Source of the DNA: a virus
Taxonomy: Duplodnaviria; Caudoviricetes
Virus record (IMG/VR): IMGVR_UViG_3300044707_001188
Location: 1-53,362 of that record
Direction: 5' to 3' (one strand)
Length of the DNA: 53,362 nt
Shown here: piece after piece, positions 18,409 to 27,900 of the stretch
Layout: the number at the start of each line of letters is the position of its first letter
Numbering within the stretch: the first letter of the stretch is position 1
Translations under genes and position numbers: made by a program
The notes under the pieces: generated by a model
What the model was told of the DNA's origin: nothing
Seen by the model: the letters and a program-made list of their open reading frames with translations, nothing else
The model's database searches: none

Positions 18409-18828
18409 TCAGGTCTCCAGGAAACGGCAGTCGGCCCGCCACATCACATAGAGGATCACGTCGCTGCCGTCGTGTGCGGCTGCGGCGAGCCGCGCCTCCG
18501 GCACAAAGCCCAGGTGGCCGCAGAAGCGCCGTGAGGCCACGTTGCTCGAGTCCACGTGCGCGCTGACGCGCTGGACGCCGCACACCTTGAACGGGTAGAC
18601 GAAGCAGGCGCGCAGGTAGTCCCGGGTCAGCCACCGCCCGCCGGGCTCAGCAGCGACGTGCATCCAGACGTTGTGCCGGTTCAGCCCTTCGTAGACGACC
18701 CCGGCAACCAGCCTCGCGTGACGCACGAGCCCGATGGCGACCATCCCCTCGGTCAGCCGCAGCCCGGGCAGGAAGCGCCGCATGAAGGCAGCGACCCTCG
18801 GCAGGTCGTAGTCGAACTCTTGGGGCAT
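18409..18828 (-). CDS. GNAT-family N-acetyltransferase-like virion-associated protein
   Basis: AGVVYE..WMHVAA..WLTR..YPF..N..SRRF..HLGF..E; typical position before podovirus ejection genes. Confidence 0.8.
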   Translation of the reverse strand: MPQEFDYDLPRVAAFMRRFLPGLRLTEGMVAIGLVRHARLVAGVVYEGLNRHNVWMHVAAEPGGRWLTRDYLRACFVYPFKVCGVQRVSAHVDSSNVASRRFCGHLGFVPEARLAAAAHDGSDVILYVMWRADCRFLET

Positions 18829-18841
18829 GGCGGGGGCAGAC

Positions 18842-18852
18842 TGCCATGCTTG
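18842..18852 (-). promoter_or_regulatory. Putative late-promoter motif CAAGCATGGCA (copy 2)
   Basis: Exact 11-mer 13 nt upstream of the GNAT ATG; 18 bp (18835-18852) identical to 34951-34968. Confidence 0.65.
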
Positions 18853-18856
18853 CCAC

Positions 18857-18898
18857 CAAGGGCGAAGCGCTCCGACTTGCAGCGCTTTTCAGCCCTTG
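18857..18898 (-). terminator. Stem-loop after tail-tip gene (terminator or mRNA-stability hairpin)
   Basis: CAAGGGC..AAGCGCT / AGCGCTT..GCCCTTG inverted repeat right after the stop; no clear U-tract. Confidence 0.4.
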
Positions 18899-18903
18899 AG
18901 ACT

Positions 18904-20823
18904 TCAAACGAACGGGTTGCCCTCGGGCGGCGCGACAGTGGGCAGAACGCCCTGATGCTCCGTGGCCCAGCCGCCGTGGCTGAATCTCATGAAGCCAATC
19001 GTTGGAGACAGCGAATCGCTGGCTGGTTCATAGGCTGCGGCATAGATGCTGAGCCTGAAGCTCCAAGTCCCCGCGGTCAGCGTACCGGAACGGATGAATG
19101 GCAAAGGAAGAATGCCGCTCATGCCTGGAGGTCTAGTTTGTGTGTATACCCAGTAGTCCCCTTGAAACAGCCAATTCAATGAGATAGGTATGCTGGTGAT
19201 GTAATACCCGTTTGCGGGCCAGAGCCAGCCACCGCCGACTGTCCTGATGTCCAAGAACTCTGTCCCAAGGCGACTAGCTCCATCACTGGATCGATAGGCA
19301 CTCAACGTGGCTTGAACCCGCAAGACGCGACTTGCATTTGTGCCCAAGTAAAGCTGTAGATTTCCAGCGACACCACAGGAAACAACAAAGCCCTTGGTCG
19401 TGATCTTTGCAAACTCGACCTCCAGAGTGATTGAGCTTGCCGAAGGTTCATAGCTGCCACCACTGGACCCTACTCCATTGTTGACCGCTGAAGCAGCTTT
19501 TGCGGACCTGACGACCAGATCGTCGAGCACCATCTTGCCGGCTTTGCTGATGGCCCATCCCAGGGTGCCGTTGTCGGTGATGGTTCCGGCCTCGTTGAAT
19601 GTCCCGTCGAAGTTCGCGCTTTGGAGGATGTTGCCGATCTTCGCGTTGGTGATCGCGGCGTCAGCGATGTAGGTCGATGCGTTGTCTTTCGTGATCTGGC
19701 TGAGAGTTGCAAACGCGCCTTGGTTCGCGATGCCCGCTGCGGTGTTGTCAGCCGTCTTGTCGGCATTGGCGGGGGGCTTGGCCCCTGTGATCCCCGAGTA
19801 ATCCACGCTGCTGGCCGTGGCCAGCGCGCCGAGGCCGGAAATGTTGGCTGTGCTCAGGGGCGTGCCGGCCGCCAGGATGATGTTGTTGCTCGCGTCCCTG
19901 ATGCTCAGGCCGCGGCTGTCGATCTGCGAGGCCGTGAGCAGCCCGCGGATGAAGGCCGCCTGCATCTCGGCTGTCCCGTCGGCGTTGATGCGCCAGCCGT
20001 TGCCCGAGGGTCCGCTCGTGTAGTTGGTCGACTGGATGAAGGCGCCGACCTTCATCTCCGCGCCGTTCAGCTTGGCGACGCTCAGGTCCGCGATCTTCGC
20101 GTCATCGACCGCCAGGTTGGCGATCTTGGCGTTGGTGACTTGGCCGTCTTGGATGAACGCCTGCGTCGAGTAGGTCGCGGCTGGGAACGTCACGCCGCCG
20201 ATCACGGTGGATTCCGTCAGCACAGTGAAGGGCTTGCCGGCGCCTGTCATGGCAGCCACCATCGCCGACACATCCTGCCCGGTGACCACCTGCAGCCCGT
20301 TCGTCCCTCCGGCCGGTGTCACGCTCAGCACCCCGTCCGCGCTCTCCCACTTGATCCACAACCGCCAGGTCGTTGACGGGTTGCTAGGGTGCGCATGCAC
20401 CGTGCCGGTGAACTGCGTGATCTCCACCGCGTTGGCGAACGTCGGCAGCGGGTCACCCTTCGCCACGATCTTGCCGTAGACCCGCGTGCGCAGGTGTCCT
20501 TGGCCCTGGGTGTACAGCGGCGCGTCGTGCTCGATGAACACATGACTGATGGCCGCCGACACCGTGAAGCCCGTGGGCGTGGGCGGCGGGGTGAGGTCGG
20601 GGCCCCGGACATCGGGCGCGATGGCCAGCGCGCCGCCGCTGGCCGCGGCTTGGCCAACCGTGTAGCCGTCGCGCAGCCGGGCGAAGCCGCCCTCGATCAG
20701 GTCGCGCAGCGTGATGCCCCGGTCCAGCGGGTCGCCGGTACGGCCCAGGTAGGTCATCACCGCCTCGCGCAGGCGCTGCGGGAAGTTCGGGGCGCTGGGG
20801 CTGGGAAGGTCGTTGCGGGCCAT
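18904..20823 (-). CDS. Tail tip/fibre host-specificity protein (DUF1983-like AKIxN repeats, variable C-terminus)
   Basis: PPPTPTGF FN3-like segment; ITNAKIANL / ITNAKIGN repeats; GWRINADG; lower-GC C-terminal third. Confidence 0.75.
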   Translation of the reverse strand: MARNDLPSPSAPNFPQRLREAVMTYLGRTGDPLDRGITLRDLIEGGFARLRDGYTVGQAAASGGALAIAPDVRGPDLTPPPTPTGFTVSAAISHVFIEHDAPLYTQGQGHLRTRVYGKIVAKGDPLPTFANAVEITQFTGTVHAHPSNPSTTWRLWIKWESADGVLSVTPAGGTNGLQVVTGQDVSAMVAAMTGAGKPFTVLTESTVIGGVTFPAATYSTQAFIQDGQVTNAKIANLAVDDAKIADLSVAKLNGAEMKVGAFIQSTNYTSGPSGNGWRINADGTAEMQAAFIRGLLTASQIDSRGLSIRDASNNIILAAGTPLSTANISGLGALATASSVDYSGITGAKPPANADKTADNTAAGIANQGAFATLSQITKDNASTYIADAAITNAKIGNILQSANFDGTFNEAGTITDNGTLGWAISKAGKMVLDDLVVRSAKAASAVNNGVGSSGGSYEPSASSITLEVEFAKITTKGFVVSCGVAGNLQLYLGTNASRVLRVQATLSAYRSSDGASRLGTEFLDIRTVGGGWLWPANGYYITSIPISLNWLFQGDYWVYTQTRPPGMSGILPLPFIRSGTLTAGTWSFRLSIYAAAYEPASDSLSPTIGFMRFSHGGWATEHQGVLPTVAPPEGNPFV

Positions 20824-20826
20824 GAG

Positions 20827-20890
20827 CTACGACATATCTACGAGCAAACTACGAGGAAACCACGACAAAAACACGAGGAAAACACGACGG
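20827..20890. repeat. Six degenerate 11-bp tandem units (ACGA core + A-rich spacer) filling the intergenic space before the tail-tip gene
   Basis: ACGA at 20829, 20840, 20851, 20862, 20873, 20884. Confidence 0.85.
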
Positions 20891-20899
20891 TCGGCTCTC

Positions 20900-22564
20900 C
20901 TACACCTGCGCCAGCTCGGCGATGCTGGTGGCGATGGCCGCGGTCTGCACCGCGCCCGTGCCCTCGAGCTCGATCTGCCACTCCACCGCCATGAAGCCCG
21001 CCGGCAGGCGGAAGGCCTGGCGGTTGGCTACGGTCTGGGTGTGGCGCAGCACGCCGTCGGCGTAGACCCGCATCGTCACCGGGTAGGCGTCGGCCGAGAC
21101 CTCGCCCGCCGCAAAGCACAGCGGCCTGGGCGCGCGGTGCAGCTTGCTGCGGAAGCGCCAGGTCATGCCCGTGGCGCCTGCATCCCAGCGGCGCACGTTG
21201 GTGCCGTCCAGCACGTACAGCTGGTCCAGCAGCTCGTCGAAATGCAGGCCCTCGTAGCCGGTGTCGAGGAAGTAGATCCCGGCGTTGGGGTCGCCCGGGT
21301 TGAGCATGAAGCCCTTGCGCGAGGCCCCGTTGTCGGTGGAGTAGCTGCCGAAGTACAGGCCCTCGAACAACCGCCCGACGATGCTGGAAGGCACCAGGGC
21401 CTGCCAGTCCTTGCGCGTCATCAGGCCGGCGGTGAGGATGCGCGCGCCGCCGCTGCCGTACCAGCACAGCCCGTCCTCGCTGGCCCAGGCCACGCCCGAG
21501 CCCATGTTGACAATGGAGCGCGCCGACACGCAGCCCTGCGGCAGATCTAGGGGCGTCTGGTCCATGCCTTCGGGCGTGGAGCCCGCCGCCAGCAGCGGCC
21601 GGCCCGTGGTCAGCACCAGCAGCGCCTGCCCGAACACGCCCAGGCCCACGGGCTTGCCGTCGGGCGGCACGATGTCAAACTCGGCCGGCCAGGCGTAGGG
21701 CACGTAGGGCTCGCACAGGCGCACCGCGTTGCCGCTGATGCCGACCAGCATGCCGTTCCACAGCGCGGTCAGGTGCGTGAGGTTGCCCTCGGTGCCGGCG
21801 CCCGCGCCCACGGGAACGCCCGGTGCGGGCAGCCAGGTCGTGGTGGGCAGCACCTCGCCCAGCGTGCGGTTGTCGTCGGTCGTGCTGCTGTCGCCCAGGG
21901 CGATCTCGCGCAGGAAGAAGAACTCGGTCGCCCCGCTGGCGCCGGTGGCAGTGCGGTAGAGGCGCCGGCGGTTGACGCCGTAGTTCCCAGCGGGCACGGC
22001 CGCGAAGCCGCCGATGGTGGCCGTGTCATCGGTCTTGCGGGTGTTGGCCGCACTCGGCGGGCTGGGCGCGCTCTCCCAGCCCCAGTCGTTGACGTAGGTG
22101 TAGACGTAGAACACCGTCTGGTTCTGCGTCGAGGTGCCGCCGGCCACGGTGGTGACGGTGGGCCCGGTGGCCGGCGCCGGCAGGCCCAGCGGGCGCGTGG
22201 CGGTCGGGTTGTCCTGCGGGTCCGTGGTGTCCAGCGCCAGGTTGTCGGTGACCTTGGGCGCGCCGTCGCCGGTGAAGAAGGTGCGCTCGCTGGTGTCTGC
22301 CGGGTCGAACCCGCGAACGGCGTGGACCGGACTTGAGGTCCAGCTCAGCCAGGCGGTGGCGTCGTTGGCCACGTCGCGGCCCATGCGGTAGATGCTCTTG
22401 CGGCCCGACGGGACGGTGGCCACGGTAAGCGGCTGCAGCCAGGCGCGCAGGTCGCCCCGGCCGGGCTTCTGGTTCAGGCTGACCACGCCCTGAACGTCGG
22501 GCAGCAGCGTCGGATGCAGCGCGCGGTTCTCGCCGGCAAAGCCGAGCAGGCGGATGACGGGCAT
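20900..22564 (-). CDS. Podovirus tail nozzle/stabilisation protein (probable beta-propeller)
   Basis: 554-aa beta-rich ORF; YVYTYVNDWGWESAPSP, SEPY-like CEPYVPYAWP, GC.S.RS, WRFRSK motifs seen in podovirus tail proteins; position. Confidence 0.7.
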   Translation of the reverse strand: MPVIRLLGFAGENRALHPTLLPDVQGVVSLNQKPGRGDLRAWLQPLTVATVPSGRKSIYRMGRDVANDATAWLSWTSSPVHAVRGFDPADTSERTFFTGDGAPKVTDNLALDTTDPQDNPTATRPLGLPAPATGPTVTTVAGGTSTQNQTVFYVYTYVNDWGWESAPSPPSAANTRKTDDTATIGGFAAVPAGNYGVNRRRLYRTATGASGATEFFFLREIALGDSSTTDDNRTLGEVLPTTTWLPAPGVPVGAGAGTEGNLTHLTALWNGMLVGISGNAVRLCEPYVPYAWPAEFDIVPPDGKPVGLGVFGQALLVLTTGRPLLAAGSTPEGMDQTPLDLPQGCVSARSIVNMGSGVAWASEDGLCWYGSGGARILTAGLMTRKDWQALVPSSIVGRLFEGLYFGSYSTDNGASRKGFMLNPGDPNAGIYFLDTGYEGLHFDELLDQLYVLDGTNVRRWDAGATGMTWRFRSKLHRAPRPLCFAAGEVSADAYPVTMRVYADGVLRHTQTVANRQAFRLPAGFMAVEWQIELEGTGAVQTAAIATSIAELAQV

Positions 22565-22565
22565 G

Positions 22566-23126
22566 TCAGGGCGTCCTGGGTGATGTCAGCGCGTCGTAGG
22601 AGCGTTCACAGGCTGCGCCGGCTGCGCCGCGGGCGTCGGCTACGGCAGCAAGCTCTCCAGCAGCCTGCGTAAGCCCTCGGAGCAGTTGGGCGAGCACAGC
22701 ACCGGGGTCGCGGGCTGGCGCGCCTCCAAGGGCAAAGCCGGGGCCTGGGGCGGCGGAATCACGGGTGGGGTTGACGCACTCGGCTGCGACGGTTTCAACG
22801 CGACGCTGCAGGCTGTCAGCAGCATTACGTGCGCGAGCGGCAGCAGCCTGGGCAGCGCGGACTTGAGTCTGGGCATGGGTCTGGACCTCCTGGTGCTTGG
22901 CGCGCCACTGCGCCTCGGTCTGGCGGGCTTGCTCGGTGGCCGCGGCCAGGGCCAGGGCAGCAGCGGCGCGCTCGGCCGCGCGGTCGGAGCGCTTCTCGGC
23001 CAGGGTCGCGCGCAGGCGCTCGGCCCGGCGCTCGGCGTCGAGCTTGCCCAGGTGGGCGTAGATGCCCGCCGCCATCAGCAGAACGCACAGGGCGCCCCAC
23101 AGCAGATTCACTGCTAGCCCAAGCAT
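22566..23126 (-). CDS. Inner-membrane spanin (Rz-like, DUF2514-type)
   Basis: N-terminal TM helix, coiled coil, C-term ADARGAAGAACERSYDAL; follows endolysin. Confidence 0.85.
   Translation of the reverse strand: MLGLAVNLLWGALCVLLMAAGIYAHLGKLDAERRAERLRATLAEKRSDRAAERAAAALALAAATEQARQTEAQWRAKHQEVQTHAQTQVRAAQAAAARARNAADSLQRRVETVAAECVNPTRDSAAPGPGFALGGAPARDPGAVLAQLLRGLTQAAGELAAVADARGAAGAACERSYDALTSPRTP
22640..22876 (-). CDS. Outer-membrane spanin lipoprotein (Rz1-like), embedded in Rz
   Basis: Lipobox LLTAC, Pro-rich body, C-terminal Cys pair; GGAGG RBS; nested in another frame within Rz. Confidence 0.8.
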   Translation of the reverse strand: MPRLKSALPRLLPLAHVMLLTACSVALKPSQPSASTPPVIPPPQAPALPLEARQPATPVLCSPNCSEGLRRLLESLLP

Positions 23127-23572
23127 TTGCGGTGCTCCTCCTGGCGGCGCTTGGTCAAGCCGGGCAGCGGCTGCCCTCGGAACTTGTCCCAGCGAAGGAT
23201 CTGGTCACAGGCGCCCCGGTAGTCGCCCTGGTTCAGCACGCGCACCAGCGTCGAACTGCAGAAGGCGCCCGAGCCGATGTTGTAAGCCAGGGACAGGAAG
23301 GCGTCGTACTCGTGCTGGTGCAGCGGCACGCGCACGCAGGCCCGCAGCGCCCCCTCGAACTTGCGCACGTCGTCTAGCTTGCGCACCAGGGCCCGCACGG
23401 GGTCGATGGTGTCGCCCATCTTGACGCCCTCGGTCGCGCCGAAGCCGATGGTGGGCACATCCCCCGGCACGGGCCGGTAGGCCGCGGGGCGGAAGCCCTC
23501 GTGCACGGCGATGCCCACCAGCCCGGCAGCAGACAGCGCCAGGGTGGCCACGGCCACACGCAGCGGCTTCAC
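23114..23572 (-). CDS. SAR endolysin, GH24 lysozyme
   Basis: GTG 23572 overlapping holin stop; weakly hydrophobic SAR N-terminus then E-x(13)-D-x2-T in HEG..GDVPTIGFG; YNIG, GLTKRRQEE. Confidence 0.92.
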   Translation of the reverse strand: MKPLRVAVATLALSAAGLVGIAVHEGFRPAAYRPVPGDVPTIGFGATEGVKMGDTIDPVRALVRKLDDVRKFEGALRACVRVPLHQHEYDAFLSLAYNIGSGAFCSSTLVRVLNQGDYRGACDQILRWDKFRGQPLPGLTKRRQEEHRKCLG

Positions 23573-23775
23573 GCGCCGGACTCCTCGTCCACCCTGCGCG
23601 AGAAATGCAGGCGCTGCCAGCGGTACAGCAGAAAGCCGATCTGCAGCACGATGTAGACCAGCGTGGCCCACAAGATCAGGTCGTTGACCTGCACGCCGGC
23701 CACAGTGGCGCCGGCGACGGTGACAGGTGGCGCGGCCTTGGCAACCTCGGCAGCGACATCGGACTTGTAGCTCAT
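23569..23775 (-). CDS. Holin
   Basis: 68 aa with hydrophobic helix (LILWATLVYIVLQIGFLLY) and charged C-term; GGAGG RBS; directly upstream of endolysin. Confidence 0.8.
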   Translation of the reverse strand: MSYKSDVAAEVAKAAPPVTVAGATVAGVQVNDLILWATLVYIVLQIGFLLYRWQRLHFSRRVDEESGA

Positions 23776-23807
23776 GTCTCACCTCCGCTTCGATAGCGCG
23801 ATCGGTT

Positions 23808-24968
23808 TCAGAAGAAGGTGACGACGCGAACGAAACCTTTGGCGCCATTTCCGCCCGCACCGGAAGGCTGTCCGCCCGTGTTGCCGCCGCCGCCGCCGCC
23901 AGGGCCGCCCGGGAACCCACCGTTGCCTCCAGCAAATCCGGCGGCTCCGCCGCCGCCGCCTGAGCCGCCCGTGAGATTTCCGTCTGCGCTATCCGGTCCA
24001 TTTCCGCCGGCAGAGCCAACGACACCACCCGTACCACCTCCCCCGGTGGTGTCTGAGGAGCTGGAGGTGAAAAAAGCCCCTGAAGACCCACCGGCTGCCC
24101 CAGCGCTTGCAGTCGTTGAGCTCACCGGAAACCCGCCCCCAGCGCCACCGCCACCGCTGCTCAAGCCGCCCTTTGAGGCGGCGTTTGGGGTGCTGCCGCC
24201 CGTCTGAGGACTGGAGGACGTTCCTATCGGAATAGTTGTGCTTGCAGTGGTGCCTACCGGATAGAGCCCTGTCGAGGACTTGGCAGCCAAGGTGCTGGTT
24301 GTCCCGCCAGTGCCGCCATCGCCGCCTCTTGCCAAAAAGGAACCGAAACTTGAAGCACCACCATTGCTGGCTGTGATGCCGTTGAAATCGGTGGACCCCT
24401 GCGCAGGCGCTCCAGCGCCGCCTGCCCCGACCGTAACGGTCACCGTCGAGCCTACGGAGGACGCTGGAAACGCAAGCTCGACCCGTGAGCCCCCGGCGCC
24501 GCCTCCGCCGCCGCCGGCGGCCGTGCTTGAGGAAATGCGACAGCGGCCACTGCCACCACCGCCGCCACCGCCGTACATCAGCAGGTGAATCCACTTCGCG
24601 CCGGCAGGCTTGGTCCAGGTTGAACTGCCGACGGTGGAGAAGTCTTGGATGTCGACCGAGGTATCGGCCTTGATCGCGTCGAGCAGTGCCCTCGTCACCC
24701 GAATCTCGACCACTGCGCCCGCTGAAAAGCTGGCAGCACTCGTCCCGTCCTGCGCGCGCTCGATGGTGAAGGTATCCGTGGATCGGGCCGTGACCTTCAC
24801 GATTTCCACAGACCCCGTGCCGTTGTCGATGGTGGCCAAGAAGTAGTCAGAGCCCGTGATGCTCGGAAAGCGAGCGCCGTGGCCGGCCTGTACCAACAGC
24901 GTCGTGTCCGTGTTCGAGATCCCTGCCGCGAGGGTCGAGGTAGCCTGGTTGGTGTAGAGCGCTGGCAT
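23808..24968 (-). CDS. Glycine-rich fibre / receptor-binding protein
   Basis: N-term STLAAGIS..EIVKVTARS..TIERAQDGT module; WTKPAGA..GGGGGGGSG Gly-rich domain ending G.VRVVTFF. Confidence 0.75.
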   Translation of the reverse strand: MPALYTNQATSTLAAGISNTDTTLLVQAGHGARFPSITGSDYFLATIDNGTGSVEIVKVTARSTDTFTIERAQDGTSAASFSAGAVVEIRVTRALLDAIKADTSVDIQDFSTVGSSTWTKPAGAKWIHLLMYGGGGGGGSGRCRISSSTAAGGGGGGAGGSRVELAFPASSVGSTVTVTVGAGGAGAPAQGSTDFNGITASNGGASSFGSFLARGGDGGTGGTTSTLAAKSSTGLYPVGTTASTTIPIGTSSSPQTGGSTPNAASKGGLSSGGGGAGGGFPVSSTTASAGAAGGSSGAFFTSSSSDTTGGGGTGGVVGSAGGNGPDSADGNLTGGSGGGGGAAGFAGGNGGFPGGPGGGGGGNTGGQPSGAGGNGAKGFVRVVTFF

Positions 24969-24970
24969 GA

Positions 24971-27900
24971 TCAAGCAGCCTTTCTGAGGTTGGCGTAGAA
25001 GACGAAGACCTCGACCGAGATCTCGGTAGGTTCGACAGCAACGGTGACCGACGGGTCAGGCATGGACAGATCGGCCACGATGGCTGGGTCCGCGACCTCG
25101 ACACCCGTCCCGACGAATGACTCCAGGGGGGTCAGGTAGGACGAAACCAATCTGCCGCTGACCGTAGCCAAGGCCAGAGCCGACTCGACCCTGCGGCCGT
25201 TGAGCGCAACGCGGTTCAGCGCCGCGCCGCCCAGCGGGGAGGACGAAGGTGGCTCCACGATGGTCGACAAGCGCTTGTCGACGGCAATCGGTGCCGCATC
25301 CGTATGGGCCTGTAGGTCAGCCTGGGATGAAAGTGGCTTGACCAGCGCAAGGTGTCCGCCAGGCGTGCTGGCCGCCGACGCGGTGGACTGGACGGGCCTT
25401 TGCGCTACAGCGAATGCGTCTGCATTGGCTGCAACGAAGGCGTCGCCCTGAAGCAGCTTGCCGAGCAAAGCCACCGAGGTGGTGATGGCCACGCTCTGTC
25501 CCGTCGCTTGAACACGTTTGTCCACCGAGGCAAGGCCTTGCGTCGATGCCGTGGACTGCCCTTGCGCGTCGATGATCTTGGAGATGGCCGCGCCGGCAAG
25601 TACCGTGGTGGAAGGCGCAACAGCCGCGCCAAGCCCCTTGCCCACCGACACGGTGGCCCCCGCAAGGCTGGACGTAGATTCCGCGCCCGCCAGCGGCTTG
25701 ACGATGGAGGCGCCACCGCTGCTGGCAACCGATGCGCCACTGGACCCGACGAGAGTCCAGGCGACCGAACTACTACCCAACGACGACGCAGCAACACCAG
25801 CCGCCGCGCCTACTGTGTAGTCGACCTTGGCCTGGCTAGATGCGACGCTCTGGCAGACGTCCGAGCCGGCCAGGGGCTTGAAGGCAAGCAGGTCTCCACC
25901 TGCACCGGAGACTGTGGTCGACGAGGCGACCTGTGAAGCAAGGATCTTGACCAGTGCCGCTTGTGCCGTGGTCTGCCCGGAGCCTACTGCGGTGGATGCC
26001 AGCGTCTTGAGCACCCCAGCCTGCGCCGCCGCACTGCTCTGCACCTGCGCCGCACCTGCCACAGAGAAGTCGACGGTCACGCTGCCCTGGGCGCCCAACG
26101 AGCCATTGACTCCTGCGGAAACGGCGTAGTCCACCGTTGCATCGGCGACACCCTCGACGAAGCATGCGGCCGATCCGCCGGCAGCAAATGCAACAACCGG
26201 ACTTGCGGAACCGCTGGCCGAGACCTCGATGACGGAGGCACTGCTCGGGTTCAGCGGTGACGCGTTGAGGGCGCCCGCGCCGATCCAGGCGGGCTGCCGC
26301 TCGACCGCGAACAGCAGAGGTTTGGAGACCGCAGGCTCTGCCGAGGCCGAAGCGGGCGCAGTGACGGCTGCCACCATCGGCTTGACCAGTGCCGCGCCGC
26401 CAGATGACGAGGCTGCCGCCTGCAACCCAGCAGACACCGGCTTGCCGACTGCCACGGTCGCAGACAGGGACACGACAGAGGCCACTGCCGCAGACAAGGG
26501 AAGAGTCAGCGCCGCACCGCCTGACGACCCGACGCCGACACCGACAGCCGCTGCGAGCGGCTTGGTGGTCGCCACAGCCCCGGCCGAAACCGCAGGCGAA
26601 TGAAGGCCCGCCTCGACCACCTTCAGAACAGCACAGACGGCGGCGGCAGTCGATGCAGCCGTACCCGCGCCATCAACGCGGTAGGCCACGGTCGTGGCGC
26701 CGGTGCTCGCGGCCGAGCCGGTCGCTGACCCCATGAGCAGTTTGCCCAGCAACGCCATCGAGCTGGTGCCCGCCACGGCTTGCCCTGCCGCCGAGATGCT
26801 CTTGTCCAGCGATGCAAAGCCCTGCGTCTGGCCGACCGGCGCCGCCACCGCGGCGAGCGTCTTGACAGCGCCCATCTGCCCTGCGACGACGCCCGTTGCG
26901 CTGGCCGAGGCGGCCAGCGGGCGATCCGCCACGGCAAACCCCGACGTTGCTCCCGACGCCACCGGACTCGCGCCGACCGTGAAGTCGACCACTGCAGTTG
27001 CGGAGGCGGTCACAGGGGCGGCGGCGGCAGCTCCGACGACGAAGTTCACAGCCGCGTCGGCGCTGCCTTCAACCTGCGCACCACAGACGCCGCTTGCGAC
27101 GTAGGCCACCGTCGGGCTGCCCGAGGCGACGGCCGAAACGAAGACCACGGGAGCGCTGCCAGCGTTCAGGGCCTGGCTGTTGAGAGCGCCTGAGCCAAGG
27201 TCGGCGGCGGGTCGCTCCAGCACGAACAAGAGCGGTTTGCCCACCCCCAAGACCGCCGAGCCAAAGGCTGCGCCCGCACCTTGCCCGGAGAGCGGCTTCG
27301 AGGCTGCCGCAAGCCCGGTAAGTGACGACGAGGCCGTGATGCCGACGGTCAAGAGCTTCGACGTCGATGCGGCGCCCGCAGCACCAACCGAAGCGGCAGC
27401 GCTGCCCGACACCGCGAACGCCACGTTGACGCCGCCAGCCATCGCCGCACCTGCTGCAATGTCGTCAGCCAGGGTCTTGCCGATGTCGAGATTGGCTACG
27501 CTCGCCGCAGATGCCACTGCGCCAGACGCGAGCGGCGTGGTGAGCGACAGGGTGCCGACAGGAGTGGCCGAGCCGACGGACTGCCCTGCCAAGGTCTTGG
27601 TTGCGGAAAGGCCGGCCGCCAAGGCGCCTTGGGCGGATGCAGATGCGCCTACGGTGTAGGCCATCACGGCTGACGCCGACGACGTGCATGTCGAGCCGAT
27701 GGATCCGGCAAGCAGCTTCCCCAGCAACGCCATCGAACTTGTCTGCCCGACCGCAGCGCCGGCCGCCGCGACGATCTTCACGAGCGACGCCTGCGCCGTG
27801 GTCTCTCCCGAAGATGCGACTGCCGCCTGCAAGGACTTGGTCGCGGCCGCGTTGCCAGAAGTGAGTGCGTCGAGGGCGATTGCCGAAGAAACGGTGTAAG

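Noticed and set aside
18842-18856. TGGCAAGCATGGCA as a sigma-54 promoter
   Set aside because: GG-to-GC spacing is 8 nt rather than the required 10, and three of five copies lack the first TGG
18904-20823. Diversity-generating retroelement target
   Set aside because: No reverse transcriptase and no template/variable repeat pair seen in the window
20827-20890. Possible mini-CRISPR array
   Set aside because: Units are 11 bp with no unique spacers; no cas operon
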